Shown here piece by piece: positions 37,408 to 48,960 of a stretch of 64,000 bases of DNA. Source of the stretch: Haliotis asinina (Eukaryota); the NCBI RefSeq assembly GCF_037392515.1, contig NC_090294.1:14347038-14411037 (forward strand). Direction: 5' to 3'. The first letter of the stretch is position 1, and each line of letters begins with the position of its first letter. The notes under the pieces were generated by a model. It saw nothing but the letters and a program-made list of their open reading frames with translations, searched no databases and had not been told where the DNA came from. The position numbers were made by a program, and so were the translations under genes.

Positions 37408-37582
37408 CTCATGAGGGGAGGTTGTAAAGCCTAGTGGTTAAAGCCTTCACCTTCTTGCTAGAAGATCCAGGTTCAATTCCCCACATGGTTGCAATTTGTG
37501 GAACCCATTTCAGGTGTCTGATATTGCTGCAATATTGTTAAAAGCAGCATAAGACTAAATTCACTCACTCACTACATCGAAC
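37408..37582 (+). mobile_element. SINE family A copy with CACT tail
   Basis: GCCTAGTGGTTAAAGCCTTCACC...CCAGGTTCAATTCCCCACATGGTTGCAATTTGTGGAACCCATTTCAGGTGTCTGATATTGCTGCAATATTGTTAAAAGCAGCATAAGACTAAATTCACTCACTCAC. Confidence 0.85.
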
Positions 37583-37605
37583 TTGAATGTGTGATTCACT
37601 TTCAG

Positions 37606-37684
37606 TATTATCGAAATGATGATGAAAGTCTGAAGCAAATGTTTGCTGTACCGGACTTTATCGGCTTTGCCTGTCGACAAGTTG
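37606..37684 (+). CDS. MVP: MVP coding exon YYRNDDESLKQMFAVPDFIGFACRQV(G)
   Basis: Acceptor ttcactttcag|TAT, donor GTTG|gtaagt. Matches human [28 protein letters not shown]. Confidence 0.9.
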
Positions 37685-37714
37685 GTAAGTATGATGTTGT
37701 TCCCCTAAACTAGA

Positions 37715-38420
37715 TCCTGTTTCACAAATTAAAGCTAAAGGAGCATTACGATTGTCATAGCTCCTATGGAGGGCCCCATTTTACAAGGTTGTTATGGCAC
37801 TATAACTTCAAATGTGTCATACCTCCTATCTAGGGCCCTGTTTGACAAATTTGATTCACTGCGGCATCTGTCATACCATTTGTGCAGGGTCCCATCTCAC
37901 AAAGCTAACTCAGCATTATGAATGTCATACCTCCTGTAAAGGGCCCCATTTCACAAAGCTAACTCAGCATTATGAATGTCATACCTCCTGTAAAGGGCCC
38001 CATTTCACAACGCTGTTGTAGTACTCCTATACAGGGACCTATTTCACGATGGTAACTTAGCACTGACTGTTGTACCTCCTAAATGGGCCCATTTCTTCAA
38101 GCTATTTCAGTGCAGCATCTGTTGTTCCTGCTATACAGGGACCTGTTTCATAAAGCTGTGGTAGCACTTTGACTTTCATACCTCCCATACAGGGTCCCTT
38201 TTCACAAAGCTAACTTAGCACTACGTATGAAATAACTTCTATGTAGGGCCACATTTCACAAAACCTTTGAAGCACTATGACTGTCATAGCTCCTGTATGA
38301 CAGTCCATGGCCCCATTTCACAAAGCTAATTTAGCACTACGAATGTCATACCCCTATACATGAAATCTGTAGGGCTATGATAGCTTTCTGAAACAGGGTT
38401 CAGGAGCACTGCTGTCTGCC
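37715..38420. repeat. ~61-bp satellite-like tandem repeat (GGGCCCCATTTCACAAAGCTAACTYAGCAYTAYGAATGTCATACCTCCTRTA...), ~11 units, in MVP intron
   Basis: Direct reading. Two adjacent units are near-identical at 37925-38040. Confidence 0.85.
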
Positions 38421-38979
38421 TGATTTTAGTGGGTCATTCTTATCCATTTCCAATCTTTTCACCCTCAGACACAACTGGAATATGTTACAGTGGAAAATAT
38501 GACTCATTAGTTTTGGAATTACACTTTCTTGGTGAAGTACAGATTCCAGTACTTTTGTAGGTGTCAGTATTGGGTATTTCTGAGCGGTAATCTGCTCAAG
38601 AGTTGTTTCCCCTTGGACACACTCATGGGATGTGAACCAAGCATATGTACTTGCAGTTGGATGAAGAAGAAAGTTTGTTCTGGTCGAGACACAGCTTCGT
38701 GATATGACAGCAGGGTCCCATCAGGGATTTGAACCTAAACTCTCAGAGTTACTTAATTGGCAGCACACAAAGGCAGCCATCTTACTCACTCAGCCACCAC
38801 TACTTCCACCAAAATGGAAGTGTGACAACTGGTAGTTCAGACCTCAGATTTCTGTACCCCTCTGGCAAGTGTGATTTAACAGACTCCCATGCTTGAAAGT
38901 CATGAATACACAAAGCCATTTAGAAAGTTGTCAAATGTAACACAATTTTCCACCATTTCTTCGGAACACCTCTTTCCAG

Positions 38980-39125
38980 GAAGCCGAATCAGGGGTGCCG
39001 TTGCCCTGGTTCCCTTTGATGAGTTCCACAGACACTCCCTGCAGATCATACGAACGGCCGTTTTCGGTATCAATCCTGTGAACAAGCAGCTGAGGACACA
39101 CATCAGGTTCAGTGAAAACAACCTG
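38980..39125 (+). CDS. MVP: MVP coding exon (G)[48 protein letters not shown]
   Basis: Acceptor cctctttccag|GA, donor CTG|gtaggt. Matches human [32 protein letters not shown]. Confidence 0.9.
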
Positions 39126-39184
39126 GTAGGTGGCAATGAAACTGTATAACAATTCATTACTGTCCTTTGTGTCTTCTGTGGCTA

Positions 39185-39350
39185 CCACGGGCAGTGGGGT
39201 AGACTAGTGGTTAAAGCATTCACTCATCCAGCCAAAGACCCGGGTTTGATGCCCTGCATGGGTGCAGTGTGTGAAGACCATTTCTGGTGTTCTGATATTG
39301 CTGGAATGTTGTTAGAAGCGGCATGAAACCAAACTCACTCTCTCACTGTT
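39185..39350 (+). mobile_element. SINE family A copy
   Basis: GGGTAGACTAGTGGTTAAAGCATTCACTCATCCAGCCAAAGACCCGGGTTTGATGCCCTGCATGGGTGCAGTGTGTGAAGACCATTTCTGGTGTTCTGATATTGCTGGAATGTTGTTAGAAGCGGCATGAAACCAAACTCACTCTCTCAC. Confidence 0.85.
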
Positions 39351-39739
39351 TGGTACTGTCATGTCAGTCATATACCATCACTGATTGCTCTGCTGCAGAA
39401 GCTAATTAGCTGCCTTTTTACACACAAGCCACTGTTTTCAAACTGTGATGGATGTTGATATTGGATGTTTCTGAGGAGAAAAAATAAGGGATTTCATGAA
39501 AGCACAAGTGTTCCCTTATTTTCCTCCAGGTTTCTTCAAGTCTATGCGTTACAAAGCTTGTGAAGAAACCTGGAAAAATGTAAAGAAACACTTGTCCTTT
39601 CATATTATCCCTTATTTTTTACCTTCAGTATATGTACATTGATGCACGAAGCTTTTGACATAAGCAAGTTGGATGTAAGTTTAGATTTGTAATCGTATGA
39701 TGTTGATCAAAACTGTTTCGTGACAGATACAAACTAATA

Positions 39740-39850
39740 CAGTTTGAATCTCCACATGTGTGCAGTGTTTGAAGCCCATTTCTTGTATCCCCTATGGTGA
39801 TATTGCTGGAATATCAGAGGAGTGCAAAACCAAACCTCACTAACTCATGC
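39740..39850 (+). mobile_element. SINE family A fragment (3' part)
   Basis: CACATGTGTGCAGTGTTTGAAGCCCATTTCTTGTATCCCCTATGGTGATATTGCTGGAATATCAGAGGAGTGCAAAACCAAACCTCACTAACTCA. Confidence 0.75.
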
Positions 39851-39864
39851 CTTTACATCCCCAG

Positions 39865-39965
39865 GTAATTACCAATATCGATGTTCAAAGCATCGAGCCA
39901 TCAGATGTGAAGATGAGGGACAGCCTCAGCAAGTCAATACAGATGGCCATAGAGATTGCAACAAG
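39865..39965 (+). CDS. MVP: MVP coding exon [33 protein letters not shown](R)
   Basis: Acceptor catccccag|GTAATT, donor CAAG|gtttgt. Matches human [34 protein letters not shown]. Confidence 0.9.
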
Positions 39966-40014
39966 GTTTGTTCTTGATGTTTGTTTTCAGCAACCATCTT
40001 CTAGGTCTAGGGAT

Positions 40015-40200
40015 ATGGCAGTCCAGGGATGGTAGCGTAGCCTACTGGTTAATGCATTTGCTTGCCACATTGAAGATCTGGGTTTGATTCCCCACATGGG
40101 TACAATGTGTGAAGCCCATTTCTTCTGTCTTGTACTGTGACATAGCTGGAATATTGCTGAAATCGGTGTTATAATAAATTCACTCTCTCACTCACTAATA
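40015..40200 (+). mobile_element. SINE family A copy
   Basis: GTAGCCTACTGGTTAATGCATTTGCTTGCC...CTGGGTTTGATTCCCCACATGGGTACAATGTGTGAAGCCCATTTCTTCTGTCTTGTACTGTGACATAGCTGGAATATTGCTGAAATCGG...ATTCACTCTCTCACTCAC. Confidence 0.85.
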
Positions 40201-40494
40201 CCTAATTATGTTAAACTATGGCTTGTACCACAAGTAACCCAGCCCCATTATCTCTAAAGTTTCTTTGACCTCTGAATAACAGTTATATACAATTAAACAG
40301 ACCAAGGACTCAGTTTGTGTGGACCAATATTTGCCAATTATATTAGTCCCTTCAATGTAGGGATATATGCTGGACAAAAATAGTTAGGGATATAAATAGT
40401 GAATAATGATCTACTTATTCACTGACACACTGATGGAATATGAAGATCCCTAACTTATTTTGTCCAGTATAGATTAGAATAGGGTCTCTTGTGT

Positions 40495-40705
40495 CCTTTG
40501 CTGGATGTGACCAGTAAAGATCCATGTTAAGTTGGTCTTCAGAAACCCATACTTGTCATAAGAGCTATCAAGCTATCCCAAATCAATGCTCATGATTTTG
40601 ATCACTGGATTATTTTGTCCAGATTCAATTATTGACAGACCACCACAATATAGCTGGAATATCGCTCAGTGCCACCTTAAACAACAAACATGGAAACATT
40701 TCCTG
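40495..40705 (+). mobile_element. SINE family B copy
   Basis: CAGAAACCCATACTTGTCATAAGAGCTATCAAGC...AATGCTCATGATTTTGATCACTGGATTATTTTGTCCAGATTCAATTATTGACAGACCACCACAATATAGCTGGAATATCGCTCAGTGCCACCTTAAACAACAAAC. Confidence 0.75.
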
Positions 40706-40916
40706 TCTTAAAAGGTGACTGAATACTCACTTTCTTTCTCCATTTTGCATCATTGTTCGTCATTGTTGTGTGTTATTGTTCCCCAATATCATGGATCATT
40801 GTTCCCGAGTATCTTGGGTAATTGTTCCCCATCATTATTCTCCAGTATCGTGGGTCATTGTTCCCCATTGTCGGGAATAGCCACAAGCAGTCTTGAAAGT
40901 TGTAAATACTGTACAG

Positions 40917-41143
40917 GTCCATTGAGAATGCAGCAGCCCACGAGGCTGACAAGATCGAACAGGCAGCACGAGGTCAGCTGGAGAGACAGAAGCTGGCCAA
41001 TGAGAAGGATGCAGAGAAGGAGAGAGCCAACTTGCTGCATCTTTGTGCTATAGCTGCAGCTGTCGAGTCAACTGGGCAAGCCAAGGCTGAAGCACAGGCC
41101 CAGGCAGAGAGGATGCTCATAGAGTGTCAGAGTGAGATCGAAG
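40917..41143 (+). CDS. MVP: MVP coding exon (R)SIENAAAHEADKIEQAARGQLERQKLANEKDAEKERANLLHLCAIAAAVESTGQAKAEAQAQAERMLIECQSEIE(G/A)
   Basis: Acceptor atactgtacag|G, donor GAAG|gtgagt. Matches human [73 protein letters not shown]. Confidence 0.9.
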
Positions 41144-41383
41144 GTGAGTTGTATATGATACAGAGGGACTTTTATGGAAGAAAGTTGCCAGGTCAAACAT
41201 ACATTCAGGGCATTTTTTTCTCATATTGGAATGGTCACTTCCATCATAGCAAGTGTCTGCTTTTGTTTAATATTTGTAAATCTTGAATAATATATGACTT
41301 AGAATTAGCAGAGGATGACTCAAACTGGGACTGTCAGTATACATGTTCAGTCTATGGGTTACAATCTATGGGTTTTTTTTCAG

Positions 41384-41448
41384 CTGCAAAACTGAAAGCA
41401 GAGGCAGAAGCAATAGAACACCAAGCAAAACTGGAGACACAGAGCATG
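41384..41448 (+). CDS. MVP: MVP coding exon (A)AKLKAEAEAIEHQAKLETQSM
   Basis: Acceptor ggttttttttcag|CT, donor ATG|gtaaga. Matches human LQAKLKAQALAIETEAELQRVQK. Confidence 0.9.
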
Positions 41449-42013
41449 GTAAGACATAAACATGAACACTTACTTTTTGAAATTACTTTTTTACTTTTTT
41501 TTCAGAACTTGCATTTCTTATGTTGTTCAGTATATTCATGACACACCACCATAGAGCATGGTACAGTCCATTTGGTTCAAAAGTGGACCAATGAATTGCA
41601 GTCTAGTAAGCAAAAAAAATTGTCTGGTCCAGACTCAACCACTACCATATAGCGTGAATATTGCTGAGTGCAGCTTTAAAAACAAACCAAATCTTGAGAA
41701 GAATTCCATATGGATCTGTTTTCATAAGATCCCAACACAGTGGGACTTGCAGCAGACAACTAAACTGGTCAGGTCCATTACAAGTCATTGTTCAATAAAG
41801 GCAGGCAACTGTGTTTCTTAATATCAAACACTGGTGTGCTTAGACAAGAATCCAAGATGTACAGGCCTCACTGATATAGATTATTTAACATGTTTTTGCT
41901 TAAGAAACATTCATTTACACTACTTTAATATGCATGTCATTAGGCGTTAACTCTTGCATAAAGTTACTGTTTGAGGTTCCAAATGTGAGGAGGGTATTGT
42001 GACTTGTGTGCAG

Positions 42014-42094
42014 GTGAGGAGAGGGGAGCTGAACTACCTGCGAGGTCATAACGAGCTTTACCTGGACAAAGAAAGAAGAAAGGCGGAGATTGAG
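42014..42094 (+). CDS. MVP: MVP coding exon VRRGELNYLRGHNELYLDKERRKAEIE
   Basis: Acceptor ttgtgtgcag|GTG, donor GAG|gtgata. Matches human [27 protein letters not shown]. Confidence 0.9.
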
Positions 42095-42334
42095 GTGATA
42101 CAAATCCAGATATGTTCTCCTTTCATGCAGCTTTGATTTGCTGACATTGTGCATGCGATTTTCTATTACCACATGATTTGATCATAATCAGCAAGCTGTG
42201 TTATCATTTCTTGATCCTTTTCCACGTATTGATACCCTCGGTGGCTGCATCTATGTTTTAATGGGGAATATTCTCTTTCAAATAAAGAGAAATTACAACA
42301 GAGTAATTGTTATATTATTGGCAATCATGGTTTT

Positions 42335-42610
42335 ACTAAATAATACTTTATTCTGATGATACCTGTAAAGATCCGGGTTAGAACTGGTCTTCAGCAACCC
42401 ATGCTTGTCAACTGAGGGGATGGGTGGTCAGGATCGCTGACTTGGTTGACACATGTCGTCGTCTCCCAGTTTGTGTGGAATGATACTCATGGTGTTGATC
42501 ACTAAATTGTCTGCTCCAGACTCTATTATTTACCGACTGTCATCATGTATCTGGAATATTGATGTGTGCTGCATTAAACGACAAACCAACCCAATCATTC
42601 TGATGACCAA
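42335..42610 (+). mobile_element. SINE family B copy
   Basis: GGTCTTCAGCAACCCATGCTTGTCAACTGAGGGGATGGGTGGTCAGGATCGCTGACTTGGTTGACACATGTCGTC...ACTCATGGTGTTGATCACTAAATTGTCTGCTCCAGACTCTATTATTTACCGACTGTCATCATGTATCTGGAATATTGATGTGTGCTGCATTAAACGACAAACC. Confidence 0.8.
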
Positions 42611-42729
42611 GTCTGATGACCAAAGGGAAGCAACTCTTGTGTGTTTTCTTTCAATTCACAGGGCGTTCAAAGTAAATGAATTTTCAACATTTTTTGTTGA
42701 AACTTTTGACCATTACTTTCTATTTTCAG

Positions 42730-42810
42730 GTGAACAAATTCCAGGAGATGATTGAGAGTATTGGCCAAGAGACCTGTGCAGCCATGGCCCAGGCGGGCCC
42801 AGATACTCAG
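42730..42810 (+). CDS. MVP: MVP coding exon VNKFQEMIESIGQETCAAMAQAGPDTQ
   Basis: Acceptor ctattttcag|GTG, donor CAG|gtgaga. Matches human [27 protein letters not shown]. Confidence 0.9.
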
Positions 42811-42844
42811 GTGAGACATTTTGTGTCCTGTAGGAATTCCTCCA

Positions 42845-43100
42845 CAGAACCCATGACAATCCAGGGTAGAGCTGATCTTCAGTACCTCATGCCTGTGGTA
42901 GGGGCAACTACTAGAGCATGTGGTCAAGCTTGCTGACTTGGTTCACTCATGTCTTCGTAACCCAGTGGTGTAGACAGATGCTCATGCTATTGATCGGTGG
43001 ATTGCCAGGGCCAGACTCGATTATCACCAGACTGCAGCCATGTAGCCAGAATGTTGCTGAGTCGGCATTAAACGACAACCAACCAACTTCAGTGTTACCT
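42845..43100 (+). mobile_element. SINE family B copy occupying most of the last MVP intron
   Basis: GGTCAAGCTTGCTGACTTGGTTCACTCATGTCTTCG...CAGATGCTCATGCTATTGATCGGTGGATTGCCAGGGCCAGACTCGATTATCACCAGACTGCAGCCATGTAGCCAGAATGTTGCTGAGTCGGCATTAAACGACAACCAACC. Confidence 0.8.
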
Positions 43101-43111
43101 TTGTTTTTCAG

Positions 43112-43237
43112 ATCCGCTTGCTGCAGGCTCTCGGGATGCAGAGTGTGTTGTTCACTGATGCCAAGAATCCCCTCAACCTGTTCAACACGGCAGGTGGTCC
43201 TGTAGGCATGGAAACGGATGGGCAGGCATCTGCCTGA
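43112..43237 (+). CDS. MVP: MVP terminal coding exon IRLLQALGMQSVLFTDAKNPLNLFNTAGGPVGMETDGQASA*
   Basis: Acceptor cctttgtttttcag|ATC. TGA stop at 43235-43237. Matches human [38 protein letters not shown]. Confidence 0.9.
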   Translation: MRLLQALGMQSVLFTDAKNPLNLFNTAGGPVGMETDGQASA

Positions 43238-44475
43238 AGTGCTGCATCCACTCCAATAACTGGTTCTGATAGTCATTGCTAGAAGTATGGCTTACCAATC
43301 AGGACCCTATTTCACAAAATCATCATAGTGAAGAGGTGATCGTACGTCCCATATTTTATCACAGACTTACGATTGTGCTATGGTCACTTTGCGAAATGGG
43401 CCCCAGTTCACAAAATTTCAGCAGTTCATATTCAGTTTAATGATCTGTTGGAGGAATCGAATTGAAAGTTCACTGAAGTTACCAATATTAGATGTTTCTT
43501 AGTTCTGAAAAACTAACATATGATCAAGAGGCAGAGGTTTTGGATGAAGTAATTGTTATATGATGGGCAAAGACACTGAAGTCAATGAGAAGCATGGGTA
43601 GCTCAGTCATCAAAGATACCTCTATTTGCTATGCAGAGCTCCGTCCTGTGGGCATGACAGAAACTTGAGATCATCTGCAATTTTATTTCTGAGATTGTCA
43701 GCACTATACCCATGTTCATGGATTTCACCAAAGTGATAAGGCTAAATGAAAAGTGAAATGTTTCTCAGTCATCTGCGCGTCACTTTTATTTGTGCGTGTA
43801 ACAATTTTTTATTTCCATTTGAAAAAAATAGTTTTGACTTTTGTCACGGCCCGATCATCCATTTGTCCACTATAAGAATGAGTGTCTGTAAGAACAAGTG
43901 TGAGTGAATCTGCAACTCATTATAACGTCCTAAACTGCCCAAGCTGTATTTCTGGGAGAAAAAAGTAAAAATGTGTTCCTCCCATGTCACTTTTTTTCTA
44001 TCAAACATTTTTAAGAAACTCCAACTGCCCTCATCACTTTTGAAACATTAAATTATATTTTGAGCAACCTAAACATGTGACACCTGCATCACTTAGGCTG
44101 TCCTTCCATGTCATACTGACATGCTGACTGTGTTGAAATAACCACTGGTCCACTAGCCCATGACTAGTAAAAGTCCACTCAGGCCAGTAAATCTCCACAG
44201 TCACTGGCCAGACAGGCTAGTGAATATTAATGGGGTCATTTTGTATATATTTCTCTCTCTGACTTGTTCAGTTTATACACTTTTAAGTCATGTAAGATTA
44301 TGGCCTTATAAAAATGTTCCTCCCATTTGCAGCTTAATGATGAATGACTACATTCAGATTTCAGTATAGTGAATTGTGTTGTGAAATTCTTCAAAGGCAT
44401 TTAGAAGTTGTGGGCTGGTAACTTTAAAGCACAGCTAGCCTTACTGGCTTGCTAAATTCAGAAACTATTTCACAC

Positions 44476-44650
44476 ACTCAAAGCTGATATAACTGTATAT
44501 ATAACTCGTTCACAAATGAAAGGACACCTACAGTCAAAGCTGATATAACTGTATATATAACTCGTTCACAAATGAAAGGACACCTACAGTCAAAGCTGAT
44601 ATAACTGTATATATAACTCGTTCACAAATGAAAGGACACCTACAGTCAAA
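44476..44650. repeat. 58-bp tandem repeat x3 (CAGTCAAAGCTGATATAACTGTATATATAACTCGTTCACAAATGAAAGGACACCTA)
   Basis: Three near-identical units read directly. Confidence 0.9.
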
Positions 44651-45102
44651 GTATACTCTTCAAAAAAAGTAGGGGAACTTCATTGTTGATTTACAATTGT
44701 TAAAATTTGGAGATATATATTGGAATCAATCCATGTTGATATGATAATAATTAATGTTTGGACAGTACATCACCTCTTGCACTTCTTGTGACCATTAGAG
44801 TAATTGCTCTTGATGATGATTTGTGTATGACATGAAATTTGCATGTGGACCCTTTTCATTTTCAAAAAATAAAGAGTGGCTAGAAACAAACACTGACAAC
44901 AGTTTGACATGAGATGATTATCAAAATCAGTTGTCCTTCTTGAAAAGTATTCTTGTATGTTCATCCCATGCATTGTGTTTCGAGATGGTGATAAAGAGAA
45001 ATGGTGACATGTTCATAATATATATGTCTTTGAAAAGTTTGTTTACGCTTATTAATGTGTCCTATTCAATTGAACGTTCAGGTTCCCCTACGTTTTTTAA
45101 GA

Positions 45103-45133
<31 letters not shown>

Positions 45134-45654
45134 ACAGCTGTTAATATTACCATCATCGAAATAAAGCAACTGTGATATGAATGAGAATATTACCATGATA
45201 TATTTGGTGTGGTTACTTGGATTTCTTTTGACATGGAACAGCTTCATAGCCCAAAATCACATGCAGCTGGTACCACAGCTGGAACCCCAAAATATTGTAA
45301 AACTGTGTGTACCTCTGTATGAGTATAGTGATTAAGCCAAACTAAGATAATGATATACACGTTTGACAATTATAGCTTTTTTATTTAGGCTGTGTAAGTC
45401 ATGAAATTAATGCAGCCGTTATGTAATGCAACACATGATAGAGTCAGTTGCTGAAATGAGAAGGGATGTTTTTGCATGGCTTATAGTCCCATCAAGATCA
45501 CAGTACAGGAATCGTCATTTTGCTGTTAAGAGAAATAACACAACATGTGAGTTATCCAAAATGGAAATCTACTTGATTGGTGTGCTAAAATGTGAAAGCG
45601 ACTGCAGCATTGCAGGACCTGTTTAGGGGTTAAACTTCAGCCCCAAGGCTTCAG

Positions 45655-45815
45655 CGAGGTGGTGATGTAGCCTGGTGGTTAAAGTGTTCACTGGGGTTCA
45701 AATCCCCGCATGGGTACAGTGTGTGAAACCCATTTCTGATGTCTCCTGCCATGATGTTGCTGGAATATTGCTGAAAGCAGCATTAAACTGAATTCACTCA
45801 CTCACTCAGTGCTTC
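45655..45815 (+). mobile_element. SINE family A copy
   Basis: GTAGCCTGGTGGTTAAAGTGTTCACTGGGGTTCAAATCCCCGCATGGGTACAGTGTGTGAAACCCATTTCTGATGTCTCCTGCCATGATGTTGCTGGAATATTGCTGAAAGCAGCATTAAACTGAATTCACTCACTCACTCAG. Confidence 0.85.
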
Positions 45816-48784
45816 AGCAAATCTGAGAAGACGACATGAGGAATAAAACTCTTTGGGGGGTGTAATATTGATGTAACAAATGTCATGGGTTTGTAGAGTT
45901 GACTTGTATAGCACATGTGGGTGGAACCAAGTCTCTACCTAATTCTAAGGCCAGACCAATTTTTGTTTTGTTTTACAGATTGTGTGCTCTTAAAACCGAA
46001 AGGCAGGTGGGGAAAAAAAAACAAAAACATTTTCTAGTCAAAATAATATTCCTTCTAAATACTCAAAGTATTTTACTTCTGGAAATTTATGAAGTGAATA
46101 TGGGTTAACAAAACCAACTTAAAATGTATTTTCTTTTGAGTTTAGATTTTTAGCCAATAAAAGCATTAGGATTTTATTTTTTGAGCAGGGGAAATTCAGT
46201 TATATTTTTTTTTCTTATTTTTGAAAAAATATTACAGGCGGATCCGTAAAACAAGAAATAAAATTGGTCTGCCCAAATTTCAGACAAAATATTCCAAATT
46301 GGAATTAATATTGTTGTATTTAATGTTTTGGATGTGTGGAGGTAATGATGATAACTTGCATTTCATTGACAACAGGACTAGTATAATATTCAAGGCTTTA
46401 ATACAGGTTAGCCATTTTTGTATTTTTAAAATAAATTAAAGGCATTATTAAAATTTCTCTGAAAATACAGATTTCGAACATTTGAAAAATTAAAATACAA
46501 ATTTTTGAACAGTTTGTCCCATACTGACTTTTGTCAAATTTAATGCTTTATACCTATAAACATTATTGTATTTTCTTAAGACATCTATGCTTTTAAACAA
46601 CATAATTTTTTCCTCAAACTGGCTACTAGAGGTGATTGTTTTGGAATCAGATATATCTCCCTTCTGGAATTATTTATTTCCTGCCAAATTCTTTGAAGCA
46701 GCTATTGTTGGAGATAGTTCTGGCTATATTTAAGAGTTATTAATATATTGATCTTTCATATTGGTACATGTACTTTGCAGTTGGTCTGTGATATTGATCT
46801 GTAATTATTCCACTTTGGTTGTTGATATTTGGATTGCTGTTTTGTACCATTATGTCATAGTTTTGTTAAATTAATGTCTCCAAATCAATATATATGCGCA
46901 CTGCGTTTACATGTCACTTTTTTGCAGTTGTATATGTGAACAGTGTAAGTTCGATGATTGATCTGACAATAGACTAATTTTGTCATTTGTACATTAGACA
47001 CCATGTGGCATCAGAAATTATTTTGATATTTGATATATGTTTTTGCTCATGTTTTATTATCAATAGTTACCTTTTTTATTTTGTATATATGTGTATATCA
47101 TGTAGTCAAATGAAACTAATGAAATAAATGGTTAAGGTATTTTTAAAGAACCAATAAGAGAAAGATTTAGGTAATATTGTCACCTGGTGAAATGAGTGAC
47201 TTTTTTCTCTTACACTATTATGTGTGTGTGTGTGGGATTGCTACCCAGTTGGAAGACAGGAATGAAGATTTGTGTGTTAAGTGGCCATACAGTAAATTCA
47301 CTTTGTAAACAGGAAATTTGAACATCGTTGTTACTAGGTCCAAAGTGAATAGAAGGACACAGAATATCTTTTTGGTCACTGCTTTAAGAAATTAAAGTTT
47401 TCACAGAATGGTGAAGACAAAACATTTTTTGTGAACCCACAAAGAATTGTTTTTAGAACATTCAGTGTAAAAACTTTGTTTAGTTTAGTTGTCCTATCTT
47501 TTTCATCATTATTTCTGCTATATTTGGTGTCTATTATCATATACGGTTAAAATAAGGTAGGGGCTACTGGAGTTGCAAGCTTGATGAAATGCAACTGATC
47601 AAGCAGAGATGAAGGAGGAAACAGATGATGAAGAGAAATTAAGTGAAATGTGACAATTTTTGTCATTCCTTTTGTAAATGTTTAATGTTTATGGATATAT
47701 ATTACGTTTTCTCATATGCACTGGCATTGGCTAGTGGTATGTTTGCAAAATGGAATATCCCCTGTTTTCTTAATGGTATAGTTAGTTTTTAATCCCTGCT
47801 CCATGACTTGAATTTTGTGCCTTAAAATATCTCCTGAATACTTCTGTGTATTTCTACCTGTTGTCAGTCTCTTGTTATCTTAATAAATATGAGTGTTGTT
47901 TATAAAATGTTTCCTTCCCCAAACCCAGGTTCATCACATATCTTATTTGTATCTTACAGTTTTCATCAAAAACATCTTTCATGTATGATATGTTCACCAT
48001 ATTCAGTGATCTGCCCCCATGAGCTATTATCATACAAACCTCTTGCCCATCCTTGGGTAAAATTAAGTCTTTTTAAATACCACATTTTTCTGTCTCTAAT
48101 TTCTTGTATTTTTTTAATACGTTTACCACACACACAATAAAAAACACAGCAGGTATACGTTTTCCCAACATAACTGTCGTTAATTTCTACATTTGAATCA
48201 AATTTGAAGATAACACAAAAAGATGTTTGGTGGGATAAGTTCCCCAATGCACTTTGCCAGAATTCTTTCCACCCTCCTGTGTTACACTAATATAGTAAAT
48301 TTGAAATATAATATAAACCTGTGAAATATTCACCTTTCTATTTATGTGTGGTGGTATTTTGTACCTATGTTAGATTGAGGATTCTCCATTTATCATAGAA
48401 ACCTGCTTCTGAACCGTCCCTTGTGCTGAGGTTTGGACATAAAACATTGAGACCATAGTGATTGAAATTACGATATTTATGGGTTTTAAATCACAAGATC
48501 TGAGAACCTATTTTGGAAGTGAAATATGAGCCTGGTATTCCCACCTGACTTAAAGTGTGAATCCCACCCACCGATGTGATATTATTTCCTTGTGGATGTT
48601 GATAGAGATTTTAATATTTCTTTTGATACCGTAGAACACAATCTGTATAAATATATATATTTTGATGTACATATATAGATTTCAGTAAAATCAGTTTCCT
48701 GTAATTTTCTTGTTATGTTTTAGTGTGTTTACATTTAAAAAGAAAACTACATTTTTCTCTTGAGAAATTATTCCTCAACGTTTA

Positions 48785-48960
48785 AGTTAGAATTGGTCGG
48801 AAACCAGTCCTTGTCGTCAGTGGCAACAATCGGGCGATCACTGACTTGGTTGATGCAATGTATCGATCAATTCTCATGATGTATAGTAAATCGCTGGATT
48901 GGGCTGATCCAGATTCGATTATGTATTATTACAGACTGACGTCCAGGTTCGTATAGCTAG
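48785..48960 (+). mobile_element. SINE family B copy
   Basis: GGTCGGAAACCAGTCCTTGTCGTCAGTGGCAACAATCGGGCGATCACTGACTTGGTTGATGCAATGTATCGATCAATTCTCATGATG...CGCTGGATTGGGCTGATCCAGATTCGATTATGTATTATTACAGACTGACG. Confidence 0.7.
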
